From contig CM106585.1 of the NCBI GenBank assembly GCA_048013815.1, positions 4,526,001 through 4,590,000 on the forward strand: 64,000 nt of DNA, in the 5' to 3' direction. The stretch is from Setoptus koraiensis (taxonomy: Eukaryota; Animalia; Arthropoda). Under the pieces are notes generated by a model. The model was not told the DNA's origin, did no database searches, and saw only the letters and a program-made list of their open reading frames with translations. The number at the start of each line of letters is the position of its first letter. The first letter of the stretch is position 1. Shown here one piece after another: positions 24,979-38,447 of the stretch. Made by a program: the position numbers and the translations under genes.

Positions 24979-26830
24979 ATGTTTAAACAGGTGAAAACAC
25001 TGACCTCTAAATTGGGTTACAAGCAACCAGCCACGGAAAACATCGCAAAATTTATCCTGGATGGTCTAGAAAAAAATAAAAACGAGACACTTATAGTAAG
25101 TGACCGGCTACATCTAGAAATTACTCTTTCTCACTCATCGCATAAACTATTTCTAATTTATTATATTTATCATTCAAACAACAGATTGATGCTGACAGTG
25201 GACGTCGCTGGACTGGTTCTGTATTGAAAAAGGCCGTCATACAATTGGCTAACTTCCTGACAAACGAATGTCAAATCAAGAAAGGAGATGTCTGCAGTCT
25301 CTTCCATACGCCTGATGATCGAGTCGCAATATGTATTCTCGGTATCACATTGGCCGGAGGCGTTACAAATTATCTCAGTGACAGCAACACCGCAAGTAAG
25401 CCATACCGAATACTGTATGACGAAACTGGTTGATTAACAATAATCGCAACACATAATGATCAATTTCTATTTTGCATTTCTATTTTGTCATCATAGGAGA
25501 ACTGCACGACACTGCAGTTGTTCTCAAGTCAAAGTTTCTGATTAGTGATCATGATACCTTGATCAGAGCTCATCCCAATTTGACTGATATCGAGAAGAAT
25601 TTATGTGTCATATCCACTAGTGAACCGGTCACGTCAAAGTTCACTAAGCTTGGTATATCCATACAGAAAATCCTCCAAAAACAATCAGAGGAACCCCACG
25701 AGCTGACTGATGGACTGAAGACTAGGATAAACGCAATCCAGCCTGATGACTTCGCCATAATTCAATTTTCTAGTGGAACTACGGGAAAACCAAAACCAAT
25801 ACCACGAACTAGCAAAAATCTAGTTCATCTTGTAAATTCAGTGGATCACAAAGAGATGATGGATCTGCACAGTGGAGCTGTGATAACAGGTTCATTGCCT
25901 ATAACTCATAGGCCTGGGCTGTGGGCTTTGTTGGCATCTGTCCATTGCGGAAGTACATTTGTGATTTGGAGCCATCTGTCTGACGTTGAGTCTGCACTGG
26001 CTACCATTGAAAAGTTCAAAGTTACCATATTTTCTTCCTCTCTACCATTCCTATCAATGTTAGGTAATGTGCCTGACAAAATTTTCGCAAAATACAATCT
26101 TTCCAGTTTGAAGCATGTAATCACCTCAGGAGCTAAGATCGTGCACGAGAATTTACCCAAAAAGCTCATGGTCCAATTCAATCTAGACAGTCTCAGACAA
26201 TGTTTTGGAATGACAGAATCTGGTTGGGTATTCCTTATTGAACAAACTTTGGCTAAGAATAACTATCTCTCAGTTGGACATGTTTGTCCTGGTATGGAAG
26301 CTAGGGTGGTTGATAGGAAGACCGGCGAAAGTGTTCCAGCCAATGAAAGAGGCGAAATTGCTTTGAAAGGTCCGCAAATATTCCCGGGTTATCTCACAGA
26401 TGTACCTGGAAAATTGAATAGAAATGATTTCGATGATGATGGGTGGTTCCGCATTGGAGATCAAGGTTACTTTAATGACGAGGAGTTAGTTTTCATTGAG
26501 GGTCGCTATAAGGAGAGCATGATCTTGGCAAATAATTACTTGGTGTTCCCTACAGAAATCGAGGCACTTATCAGTGAGCATCCAGCAGTGGAGGGTGTAT
26601 GTGTTGTTAAAAAGGAAGTGAAAAAGGATTTTGTGTATGATGTAGCGAAGGCATGTATCACACTAAAACACGATAGAAAAACTACAGAAGCAGAGATCAT
26701 TGAATTTTTGGCCAAAAGAGATTCGCAAGCGATCCTCATGGGCGGTGTTGAAATTCTTGATAAATTCCCCAGGCTAGGTAATGGAAAAGTGGACAAGCAA
26801 ACTCTAGCCAAATCCATCAAACATGATTGA
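24979..26830 (+). CDS. Luciferase/4-coumarate-CoA-ligase-like acyl-CoA synthetase; join(24979..25095,25185..25395,25497..26830), 553 aa
   Basis: Adenylation motifs FSSGTTGKPK, FGMTE, GEIALKGPQIFPGY, GWFRIGD, GRYKE and NGKVDK. Two GT-AG introns (89 and 101 nt) with consistent phases. The C-terminus is SIKHD, with no PTS1. Confidence 0.93.
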
Positions 26831-27370
26831 GATGTGTGTCAGCATTCGTACATGTCGACTCCTGCTGACGAAATGCGCGATATCTCGAGTTCTATTCTGC
26901 CAATTTTGGCGAACCATATAAAAACGATTTGAACAGACTGAAGTGCTCGTTAGATTAAAACGAAAACAAATTTGAAAAATTATCATGTTTTTGACACGTA
27001 CTCCCCCCCCCCCTTCCCCTAGATATACGATAGTCTTTCACCTAAAGTAATAGCTATTTTACTACATTTGTTTCAACAAGAAAATTTTGAAATGAAATTT
27101 ATTTTTTTTCTACCAATTGATCGGTCTAGTCGCATGGTCTCTAGCAGAATCTGCAGAAGTCTTGGTGCTTTAGAAATCTTGCTCAAAAAAAATATTTCAT
27201 GTTCAGCCTTCAAAGTTCCTGTTTCGGAGATTGTGGAATAATTGTAGTCTGCGAGTTACAGTTTGCTTGGAGATAAACAATTGAATTTAGTTGTACTTCA
27301 ACGTGTAAATAAATCTCAATATTTTATCAACCAGTTTGTCTAACGGGGTTTTAAGTGCCAAGTGGACGAA
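26488..27370 (+). repeat. Direct repeat copy 1 (~883 bp): ACS 3' end + convergent spacer + NRF-6-like 3' end
   Basis: Aligns end to end with 38105-38988 at roughly 95-96% identity by eye. There are 5 substitutions in the 343-bp ACS portion and more in the spacer. Confidence 0.97.
27287..27370 (-). pseudogene. Orphan 3' fragment (28 codons) of the NRF-6-like gene
   Basis: FVHLALKTPLDKLVDKILRFIYTLKYN* versus FVHLALKAPLDKLVDKILRFIYTLKYN* in the intact gene. Homology stops abruptly at 27370. Confidence 0.9.
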
Positions 27371-27904
27371 AACAGCAGCCGCATAATCTACATTGCGCCA
27401 CCCTCCCGATTTCAACTGGAAATATGAGTTCTGGATAATCGATGTTCATTGAGATAGCTCCAGTAGATGTAGGACTCATATTTTGAGTTATTGAGCCTGA
27501 GATTTGATGTGAATTGACCGTGGATAAGTACAGTAACTAACATAAATAAATTTGTGTGCATTTCCGCACGAGACCCGAAATACTGGAAGACCGCTAACTT
27601 TTCTCTTGTAGGAACAACTCCGATAGATTTTAACGAGCAATTTGGCCTAGCCTGGTCGTCGGCAAATAAACAAACTCATTGATTGCAAAGTATTGTAAGG
27701 TATTTATTTGTGTTGGAGTGTTAAGTGTTGGATGAAAGGCAATTTTTGGGTTCCATACTTAATCCAGTGAAATGCCTGGTGTTGGTTAGCAAAGGATGGA
27801 AATTGATCCCCGCGGATATTGAGAGATTGCCGAAATGCATGCCAGTGCTATCGCCGCATCAATTAATGATCAATATGGCGATCGCAAACATAAATAACGA
27901 GATC

Positions 27905-30900
27905 TCACATAACTTTATTTATAATGTTGACAATAGCTTCGGCGTTGTTCGCGAGAAAACTCTCGTGATTTCCAGGAAACTTGTACAAATCTATCCTTCC
28001 ATTGATTGACTGAATGAAATAGTGTAAACAAAGAAGTCAACGATTGTGGTTAGTATGATAGCTGAAGTCACTCAAAGTTATGAGATGATGAGACTCGCTC
28101 CTGATATAAAAAAAAAATTTCTCACCTTGGATAGCGAATAGTCATCGGCTGTTTTAACTCCATCCATATTAGCGATAACATCCTTTTGTGCCCTTATCAG
28201 TGTTGCATCACCAACGTAAGTCTTACTCGGCTTGTAGCTCAACAAGACTTGGGTCCGCCTATAATATCCCTCAATCGCGTCTAAAATATCATTCTGCTTT
28301 GATTTGTCGGTTATATTCAAAGAATGAGAGAGAATCTTGCAAGCTTCCTCAAATTTATCATTGAGGCCAGTCTTAATGGATGATAATTTTTTTAACACCT
28401 CCGCTTGATCGCAGGATCCTTTTGAATGATGCACCACGTATTCCTGGAGAAACTCATTCTCTCTTGATTCCAGCGCGGAACCTGAGAGCTTACCGAGCGA
28501 TTCCGCGACCCAAGGCGACATATCCAGCAGTATGTAGCGGCCTGGAACCAAATTCGTGCGACCCTCTCTTCGTCGATCTTGAATTAAAACTAATAGTTCA
28601 AATGCTATCGCACCACCATACGAATATCCAACAAGATCAACAACTCGAACATTGCTGGGATCCCTCATCTTCTGGTCACTCTTCAGTGTGGTCCAATTGA
28701 GATTTTCTAAATATTCAAAATAATATTCAGCGACTTCTGCGAACGACTTCAGCTTATTCAGCTTGTTTGTATAGTTGAGTCCAACGCATGGTCTAGAAAC
28801 ATTCTTACCAATCGTTTCCAATGGATCAAAAGTAGTATGCAGATGAGTGAGCACAAATACTGGCCGTGCAGTGGATGATATGGGTCGATCGTTCAGCATG
28901 AAGCAGTCTAATTTCGGCAGTTCGATTGGTGGATTAAATGCTGATTGTGTTCCGATCGATATTGAGAAGTTTGCCGCCTTGAGTGTTTCTACTTTCTTAA
29001 GAATCTCCGCATCATCCCCTCGTTTCTTGTTTCCAGAAGTTTTTTCTGTTTCTTCACTAGCGCCAATTTCTCTTATCCTATCGATAGTCAGAGCTCGTAC
29101 CTCTTGGGCCGTGAGAGATTGGCCAAACTCGCGCTCGATATATTGTCTTATCTCGACGGCCATGAGAGAATCTAAACCTAGCTCACCTAGTGTTGTTCCT
29201 CCATCCACCTTGCTGGCGTCTTTCACGCCCAGCACATGCAACACGGCCGCAACGAGATCTCCTCTAGTTGAGCCGCCAGACTTTTTATCTAGCAAAACAA
29301 GACTGGAACATATCGCAAATGGCGAACACAAGAGCTTAGCCAATGTAGAAAAGCACGATGGCATCCTTTGTGGAATGGTTCCACCAATAATTATGTCATT
29401 GCCGCCGAGGGTCTCGAATGCTATCCCGACGTCTCCAATGGCGCCCCATTGAATAGCAAGACCGTGTAGATTGTCTTGGCGACGTTGCTCGCAAACACGT
29501 TCCATGACTGAGTTGGCGTAACCGTAATTGGCTTGGCCTCCGTTGCCCTTGCCACAAGATACGGACGAAAAGGCTACAAACAAGGACATTTCGGGTGCAA
29601 CCTTTCGCGATATCTCGTCTAAGAACACGCACGCATCGGCCTTGGGCTTACAAACAAGATCGAAATCTTCGCTTGATATGTTCTCAAGTAGATTGTCCTT
29701 TAAAACGACGGCCAAGTGAAACAGACCACCGATTTCGCCATTTGGCGCTTGTTTCTTTGCCAATTTGAACAATTTCTCGATACCATCTCGTGTTGTTCCA
29801 TCTGCCATAGTTTTATCGACCACCAATAGTTTGCATTGTTTATTTTCCTCCAATCTCGACAAAACAACTTTCTGGTATCCAGTGCGTGCGCCCGACCGCG
29901 ATGTCACAACAAAATATCGACCACCAACTGATGCAAGCCATTTGATGAGTTCTAGTCCGAAACCACCAAGACCGCCTGTAATGATGTATGTCTTCGATGG
30001 ATCAAGCTCAAATCTAGGTATGGCTCGTAGGCCTCTTTTTGGCACTGATGAATTGGCAGAATGAGCATTCGGTTGTTTTTCTGGCTCGATTTCCACTAGA
30101 ATTTTCCCCATGTGTTTTCCTGTTGCCATGAATCTAAATGCCTCCTCAATTTTCTCTTTAGGAAAACAATGTTGCGGCAACGGCTTGATGTAGCCACTTT
30201 TTAGTCCATCTTGAAATACAGCCAGCCCTTGATCCAATTGTCGCATGAAATTGGGTGTCACTGTATCATAATCAAATACTTTGTCCAAGTGAACAGAATG
30301 GAATGTCTTGTTAATATCCAACATAGTCAATTCCAGTTTTGCATTCATAGCTTGATCGTATTTGCCTATTTCCAAGAATCGACCATTCTTCGCCAGACAT
30401 CTAACACTTGCTTGAAGTTTATCGTCCGCCAATGAATTGAGAACGAGATCAACACCACGACCTGACGTAGCCTCCATGATTTTCTGCTCAAATGAGCAAT
30501 CACGCGAGTTAAATATCTGGGCCTCACTCAGTCCGTCAGGATATTTTTGCAACAGAAATTGACGTTTCTCTTTGCTACCAACTGTGGTGAATACTTTCAA
30601 TTTATGATGCAGAGCCAACGTGATCGCTGCCTGACCAACGCCACCGGAGCCGGCGTGGATCAATATGGATTCGCCTTTTTGTATCTTGCCTCTAACGATT
30701 AGGGCCGCGATAACTGTCATGTAAGTGACAGGTAAAGTGGCTGCATCTTTTAGACTCATGCTGTCAGGAATTTCGAGCAATAGTGACGTTTTTTCGGGAC
30801 ATATAATCTCCGTGGCTATACATCTGCTTGGGATCATACCACACACTCGCTTTCCACTTGTGACATCAATTCCGGAAAATTCGAATCCTAACAAACAATC

Positions 30901-33900
30901 TTCGAGGGCTAATCTAATAGGTAAGGCATCCAGCGGCAATCGCCCAGTTGCCAACATAATATCTCTGAAATTGAGAGCCGAATAGTTAACTTTCACCAAT
31001 CGTTGTTTTTCGCCATCTACTGGATATGCCGTTGGCGTCTGATACCATTTGAAACTTGACAGGTCGCCCAGAGTTGACACATTTGCATAGGCTCTATGGG
31101 TTTCAATCAATTGTGATTCCCCACTTTCACACTTGTCGTCTGTATCGAAATAATCGTCCAATGTGATGTGCATAAATGATCCCCATTGTCCATCAGAGTT
31201 GATACAGTTCCAGAAAAGATCTTTTTTCAGTGCAACTTGGAAATTCGCGCTCTCTCTTATTGTCTCGATCGTCACGTCTTTCTCAAACTTTGTCTTGAAC
31301 GAATGACAGTCGAAAAAGCAGCGCAGATTGGCCAGGGTACCCACCTCTCTTTTGAGACATTGCACCAATCCCACGATACCGTTGAATGGGTTATTTTTCG
31401 TGGCGACACCGCAGAGCCATATAGTTTCCAATTCCTTCTTTTTTCCTTTGTCTGTTTCCTCCTGCTTTAACTCATCCTTCAATTGATTCAGCCAATTAGT
31501 ATAATTGCCATGCTGAACATGTATCAATTTATAAGCTTTGTTACCACAACTTCCTGATTGCTTCTTAGAATAAGTATCATTCTCTTTTAAACTAGAATCA
31601 ACCCCACAACCATTTCTATACAAATATAACGCACATCCGGTGGTGTCCATCTTTTTTCCTATCAATTCAAATTTGTATCGTCTCGCTTCGATCTCTAATA
31701 GCCGATTTCTGGCCTCACATGAACTTTGCGCCTGTTGCATTGCCTTGATGATATGATCATCAATTTCTTTTGATGGAACACTAGTTTGATTGGAGGAGTT
31801 GGTCTTAGCAACATGCTTCAATGCCAGTATAAATCTTTCTGCGAGGCTCAATTTGTATCGTGACATTACCAAGAGAAATCCGCCTTTTCTGATTACCCTC
31901 GCTAAATTGTTGAGTGTCGGAGATAGCTCATACGAATCTTCTTCGTTGATCGTGGTCGCATGACAACTTGTGTCGGATAAACAGACTGCATCGATGGGGC
32001 GATCTCTATTAATCAATGATAAAAGAGATGATTCACTTTCATGGCCGATGTCTTTCAGGATGTGCAATTTGACATTGTCATTTAGATTTTTAAAGTCATT
32101 TGGAGTCGGATGAGATAAAGTGTAGCTGAGTTTCGTTTGTGATGAAATGCTACTTATGAGTTTTTCCAAGTGTCCATAATGAATTGTATTGCCACTATTG
32201 ATTTCTAGTAGACGCAAATCACTTGTAAATTGGCAGCAGTTCTGAACGATTGTTTCTAGCATTGGTCTGGTGAAACGTTCAGTGCTAAAAGTAGAGAGTA
32301 TCATATCTTCACTGAAAATTTTTTCGTGTTTAATCATGGACTGAATCGTAAACGATATCAATGGTTCATTCTTGGTTTTTTCCAGAGAAGATTTCGATGA
32401 ATGGCTCAGCATCGAATCAAGCAATGACAGGAGCGTAAATGGCGAATTCTTGGCCAACTCCTCTGCTTTAGAATTGTCCGGTTGTGATTGTTGTTGACCA
32501 TTTTCTGTCGTTGTTGCTTTGTTCAATTCCTCATGACGAACAATTAAATGATCGCTGAGATATTGCTCTATCTCTTCGCTCTCTACATACTTAATGCCAT
32601 TGCGACTAATAGATTTAAGCAACCCGTTTGTGTCGGCTAACCTCGAGACAATGTTGTTACAAATCTGTTCATATCGCTCTCTGGATTGATTTTTGCTTAA
32701 TTCTAGATCTTTTACGGGTTCCTCGATGTCCAACAAAAATTTATAACTCTCCAATGTTGGCTCAGTCAACTCTCTTCTATTGACTGGCATGGCTTTTATT
32801 CCTCTCATCTCTATCCCATCAGTGATGACAATGCCTAGGATTGGATCGCAATAAGTATCAAAGATGCATTCTACTGATCGCTCTTCCTGATTGGATTGAT
32901 TGTTTTCATTATCGGTCGGTTCAATAGTGCTCTCTTTTGATGATTCTGTCACTATATAATCAACCTCGTTCTTACCAAAAAATTCTTTCACTTTCACGCC
33001 TGACTCGTGTATTTTACCAAGTATCACATCAGGATTGAATCTGATATAATCAAATCCAGTTGGTAAAAATAGAGCACCTTGAGTTGCGTGTGCGCAAATG
33101 GACAAAAATATTGATTGCAAGATGTTGTCAGTCAGAGCTACGAGTTGTCCGTTAAATTTGACCTTGACATGACGTCCGTTGCTCGAAGCCGATTGAATAC
33201 AACGGAATGTTTCACCATAGTCATATCCGTGCACCCTGAATTGTTTGTAGACATCATCATGACTCAGCGATTGTTCATTGTTTTCGTTGCTCAAACTATG
33301 AGCTATATCATCATACAAAAGACCCTTTGGATTGACTTCCGGAGATTTGGCGAAGCCATCAACTACAACTTGGCCACCCTCAGATACCACGAAATAGTCT
33401 GTCGCTGGCTCAAAAATTACAGATAGATCCACTGTTTTTTCTCCTAATATCACTGCTCTATGCAATCTAACATCTCGGAATTCGATAGGTTCATATGGTA
33501 TGACTAATTCACCGTCTTCTCCCCTTCTTTCGGTGAAGCTTATATCATGCATTCCTCGTTTGTTACATGAGAATACATACCACACAACGCATAAATATCC
33601 AGTTGCAGGATTCAGTACTCGGCCCTCCAGTGTATGACCTGAAAGGTATTTTTGGTTTTCATCTAGAAGATTGATGGGTTGTACCACGCGATTTGATTTA
33701 TCTGAAAAATAGTCAGGATATCTTGGAACACAGAACGGAATTGAGTGGTCCCATTTCATTAAAGAACTGATAGATGGCACCTGTTTTCTGACTGGTAATT
33801 TGATTTTCGGATAAAATGAACTCAATGTTGGATTAATGCCCATTTGAAACAGCTTGCCTATTGTGATGAAGAAATTCAGTAAGGGATTCTGGTCATTCTT

Positions 33901-36841
33901 TTTCATCAGTTTCGCATAAGATAATGGCTGATTGCTCGGTATGACTGTTCTGACAGTCGACTCAAATATTGCGTGGGGCCCAATTTCGATGACCACCTGG
34001 TCTGCATGCTGGATTCTTTCAACAGCCTGTCTAAAGTTGACTCTTTCGCACAAATTAGTTGCATAGTATTCTGCATTCGCCATTTTTAGAATTACTGAAT
34101 CATGGTCCTGACAGACACTAGAAAACCATTTATGTTCATTCCTGCTGTAGTCTGTGCCCGGATGCAACAATTTTCGTAAGTTTGCTATCAATTTGTTTTT
34201 GATATCGTCACGCATTATATGGGGATTGTGGAGTGCAAAATCAATGTTCAAGTCGGTGCACTGAATGCTTCCGCTATAATGCTTGCCAAGATATTGCAGA
34301 AACTCTCTGACGTGTTGTTTAGTGCCCGAAACTGTGACAGATTCTGGCCCGTTATCGCACGAAATGCATACAGTTGATGACGATTTTTGCTTCTTTTTTT
34401 CTTCAATGTAATTGTCTATGTTTTTTTGCGCTTCGTCAAAACCTAAACTAATCGCTACCATTGAACCTTCAATGAGATGCGCATTGTCTTTGAGCGTCGA
34501 AGCAATATGGTAGGCTAAAAGAATTGTTTCACGTTCGTCGAAAATTCCATCCGCATAAGCACACGCAAACTCTCCTACTGAATGACCAAGGATTCCACCT
34601 GAGGGTAAGATGTTTAGATGTGATTTTAAGATGTTGGTAAAAGCTATCTGAATAGCGGTTATTCCGACAAACGCATCAATTATTGCGAAGGTGTCGCCAT
34701 TTGCCGTTTCCAGTGATCGTATGAGATCGTATTCGAATGGCTTCAGTATTTCTTGTAATCTTTCAATTGTAGACCAAAACTGACTGAAATCTCGCATGCC
34801 TAACCCCATGCCTTGCCACTGCGAGCCCAAGCCCGGGTACACAAAGTAGCAAGCTACCGGTGCGCTATCTTGCAGATGGTGCTCAGCTCGACCAATATCC
34901 AACTTGTTGTGATCGGAATGACTGTTCGGCGAACTCAACTTACATTCGCAAATAGATCTATAGATTTCTGTTTGGGTTTTCAGGTCCAGTATGACAAAAC
35001 CACGCGCTCTCATCAATCTATCAATTTTGCCACTGCAAAGCGAATCTGTCAGGGCAAAAAAATCTCTTGTCAATGCTTTTTCTTTGACTCCTTCGGACAT
35101 GATAGAGTTGAAGAATGTCTCTAAACCCTGTTCGTGCCTGCCGAACATGAGAACTAAGCGATGACGTTCATTTGTCGCACTAAAATCAACGGTGCCGTCG
35201 TCTTTGAATGGCTCCACGATTGGCCTGTGATTTGAACGCAATATGGCATGCACGTTGGCCCCACCAAAACCATAACAGCTCAATGGTATGATGTGGGTAT
35301 TCAATTTTCGTTTCTCTGTTACAATCTGCACGCGTCCATCAGCAAGCGCTTCAATGTTAGGATTTGGCTTGTTAAAATTTAAACTTTTGTATATCATTTC
35401 ATTGTCGAGCATGAGAGCAACTTTTGCCAATGCACATAAACCACTTGCTACCTCCGAGTGACCCATATTCGTTTTGATGCTAGTGAGTGATAGCGGTCCA
35501 ATAGTTCTTTCGTTCGATGCATCTTTCGGACAATAAACACTCGATATGGCCTCGCACTCTATGGGATCACCGGCGGGTGTTCCAGTTCCGTGGGCCTCAA
35601 TTACTTCAACGTGATTTGAATGTAATCCGACTAGTGAATTTTTTGTTTCTCTTATCAGTGCTCCCTGTGTAATGGCCGCTGGAAAGGTGATGCCTTCTTT
35701 CTTGTAACCGTCCGCGTTCATTCTTGTAGCTAAAACCGTGCCGTATACTCTAAGAGCGGCATGCTTGCGTTGTAGAAAAACCGAAACACAAGCCTCGGAT
35801 TTGCAATATCCATCCACATCAGCGTCACCAAAACGAGTATAGCCAGTGGGTGATAACATTTTTAGTTTTGCGAATACTATGGTATTTTTAGGATCCAACG
35901 CTAAATTAACAGCGCAGACAATGGCCTGGTCAAGTTTACCGTGTTGGAAACTCAAAACTGCCTGTTGAAAGGCTCCGAAACCAGAGGCGCAGGCTAGATC
36001 GTATGCACAGGCTGGGCCTCGAAAGTCGTAGTACCTAGCGATTGCAGTTGCAAATTGAACGCTATATCCGCCTCCATCAAAATGGAGATCGTCACGCATT
36101 GCCTGCTCGGTTTCGCTCGTGAGAAAACTCAAAAAAATTCCAGTTTTAGTCCCTCGCAGGGAGGCGGGATTGACACCTGATAGGGGATTGGAATTGTTTG
36201 TTAGATTCGAACTCTTAGATTCGTTGCAGATTGAAGTACTCGGCTGCGCCTCAAGTTTGCATGCGAGAGTCTAAACTAGTTATCATAGTTCATTCAAACC
36301 TGCTGAGATTGAGATTTTTAGAATCAAACAGAGACGATTACTCACCTGAGTCCAAAATGGATTCGTAGACTCTCTCATATAACAATCTCAACTGGGGGTC
36401 AACAATTCTGTCCGCTCCGTAACCAAAAAATTCTCCATCAAATCGCCATACATCCTTCATGCGACCAGCCCTCGGTGGTAAATCCCACACTTGACGGGGA
36501 AAGCGAACCTCATCATTCTCAGTGCACATATCGCAGTTGTCGGTTAATAATTGTTTCAGTTCATCCATATTATCGGCGTTAGGGAAATAACCAGCCAACC
36601 CTGAAATTACAACATCGGTATCTGGAATGCTAAAAGGATCAACTATTTTCTCCGCTGCTTTTTTTGCTGATTTCATTGTAGTTGTTACAGTTTCAGAATA
36701 TTGCTGATTTTTCTCATAACTGGAACCATTTTCAGAGTGCGCCATTTCAAAGCCATCAATGGCATTCTCTGTGGTGTCCATTGAATTGTCGATCGGGTTA
36801 CTCTCACCCAACTGTTGAAGGTCTGTCGATAAAACAGGCAT
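27905..36841 (-). CDS. FASN: Type I fatty acid synthase-family megasynthase (KS-MAT-DH-pseudoMT-ER-KR-ACP-TE); complement(join(27905..28009,28126..36176,36346..36841)), 2883 aa; atypical MAT
   Basis: KS DLAC/EAHGTGT/NMGHSE; MAT GHSVG; DH HTLEGRVLNP and D in TDNILQ; ER HAGSGGVG; KR GGLGGFG and GQANY; ACP GLDSL; TE GYSYG, LLD and GNH in the last exon. Introns of 169 and 116 nt with matching phases. Confidence 0.95.
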
Positions 36842-38104
36842 TATCGATGTGTGATATGCTCTACTGTTGGTTGTGTTTATTTCTTTAGAGTTTATTTTTG
36901 TAATTGTTCTCTATTAGGAGAGCTCTTCCATGAAAATCTCGAGACACTTTCGTTATATACAACTCACTGTATAAGTATTGAATTTAGCTTGTCGTATTCA
37001 TCCAGTGGTGGGTTTCAAAATAAGATGCATCTACTTATAGACAATCATTGATGAATACAGCAACAAAATACAAATAATCAGAGTGAAACGGCCGAGTGAA
37101 AGATCTAAACATGGACAACATAATCGAAGTGTGAGCACGAGTTAAAAAAAAGTTCACCCTTAAAAGGCGAAGTCTGCCTCGAATTTCCGAATGGAAAAAT
37201 TTATCTCTATCTTGAAGAGGCGCCTCAGTCTCCGTTATCATTGTCAATCTCCAATTATAAAGCGACTAAAACTATTTTGCTTCCAATCCCTCGTCTTGCC
37301 ATCAAGCAACAGTCACTCCGAAATATCAGACTATTTTTTATTTCAATGTGCTGCACTAGAGTTTACTTAGTCAATGATTTCGGAGTAACGAGGGGAGCAT
37401 TTCATCGGATTCGATCGTGTCCGAAAAAAATTCAAAATTTAAGCGATAATATTGGTACGTATGAGAATAATCCATGCAAGCAGAGCATGGATTTTGCGTG
37501 ATGCTTACTCGTCGAATGTCTTTAACAGCGCCCATACAATTTAATGTAATACTCGATTGAGCCATCAAACCGGTTAGTGTGGAAATCTCAACTTGAGATA
37601 AATATCTTGATTGCTTTATCCGATTCTTATGATCATCTTTGCTAGTGACAGGTTCGGCATTTCTGACGTAATGTCTGCGTACTGTCTGGAAAATAGATTT
37701 TTTCTGGTTCTTTTCATAGGAAGTATGCGTTTTTTTTGAGTGGATCACCATATTTTCACCATTGCCATTTTACATTCTATGTAACAAGAGGTACATTTCA
37801 CCAGATCATATCGGTATTCGACAATCTCTGGTGTAATGTATACCAAGATAAATTTTATGTTGTCAAAATATAAAAAATGATTCTGTCTGACGGTTACTTT
37901 GTTGATATCGTGCTCATTCCCAATTCTGTTTGACGAACTCATTAACATCCTCCTCAGTAGTAGTGATATTATGAAACCGGTTAGAGTGAATCTGATTTCG
38001 TAACATATCATTAACGATAATGATATTAAGCGTTTAATTTGACACTCTTTTACAGATATTGCCTATTGGTCCAATAAGTAGCTAATACATCTTATAATTA
38101 GTTC

Positions 38105-38447
38105 AGTTTTCATTGAGGGTCGCTATAAGGAGAGCATGATCTTGGCAAATAATTACTTGGTGTTCCCTACAGAAATCGAGGCACTTATCAGCGAGCATCC
38201 AGCAGTGGAGGGTGTATGTGTTGTTAAAAAGGAAGTGAAAAAGGATTTTGTGTATGATGTAGCGAAGGCATGTGTCACACTAAAACACGATAGAAAAACT
38301 ACAGAAGCAGAGATCATTGAATTTTTGGCCAAAAGAGATTCGCAAGCGATCCTCATGGGCGGTGTTGAGATTCTTGATAAATTCCCCAGGCTAAGTAATG
38401 GGAAAGTGGACAAGCAAACTCTAGCCAAATCCATCAAACATGATTGA
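38105..38447 (+). pseudogene. 5'-truncated duplicate of the acyl-CoA synthetase (C-terminal subdomain only)
   Basis: Matches the last ~113 codons of the ACS with only I>V and G>S changes. The frame and stop are intact, with an in-frame ATG at 38136. Confidence 0.85.

Noticed and set aside
27905-36841. Horizontal transfer of the synthase from a microbe
   Set aside because: Domain order, pseudo-methyltransferase, GYSYG thioesterase and an intron at the position seen in animal FAS genes (DSG|VNP) are animal-type.
37100-37501. Coding-looking frame (GEVCLEFPNGKIYLYLEEAP...) inside the FAS cassette upstream region
   Set aside because: No clean start, broken frame and no family recognised; it may be a relic but cannot be supported.
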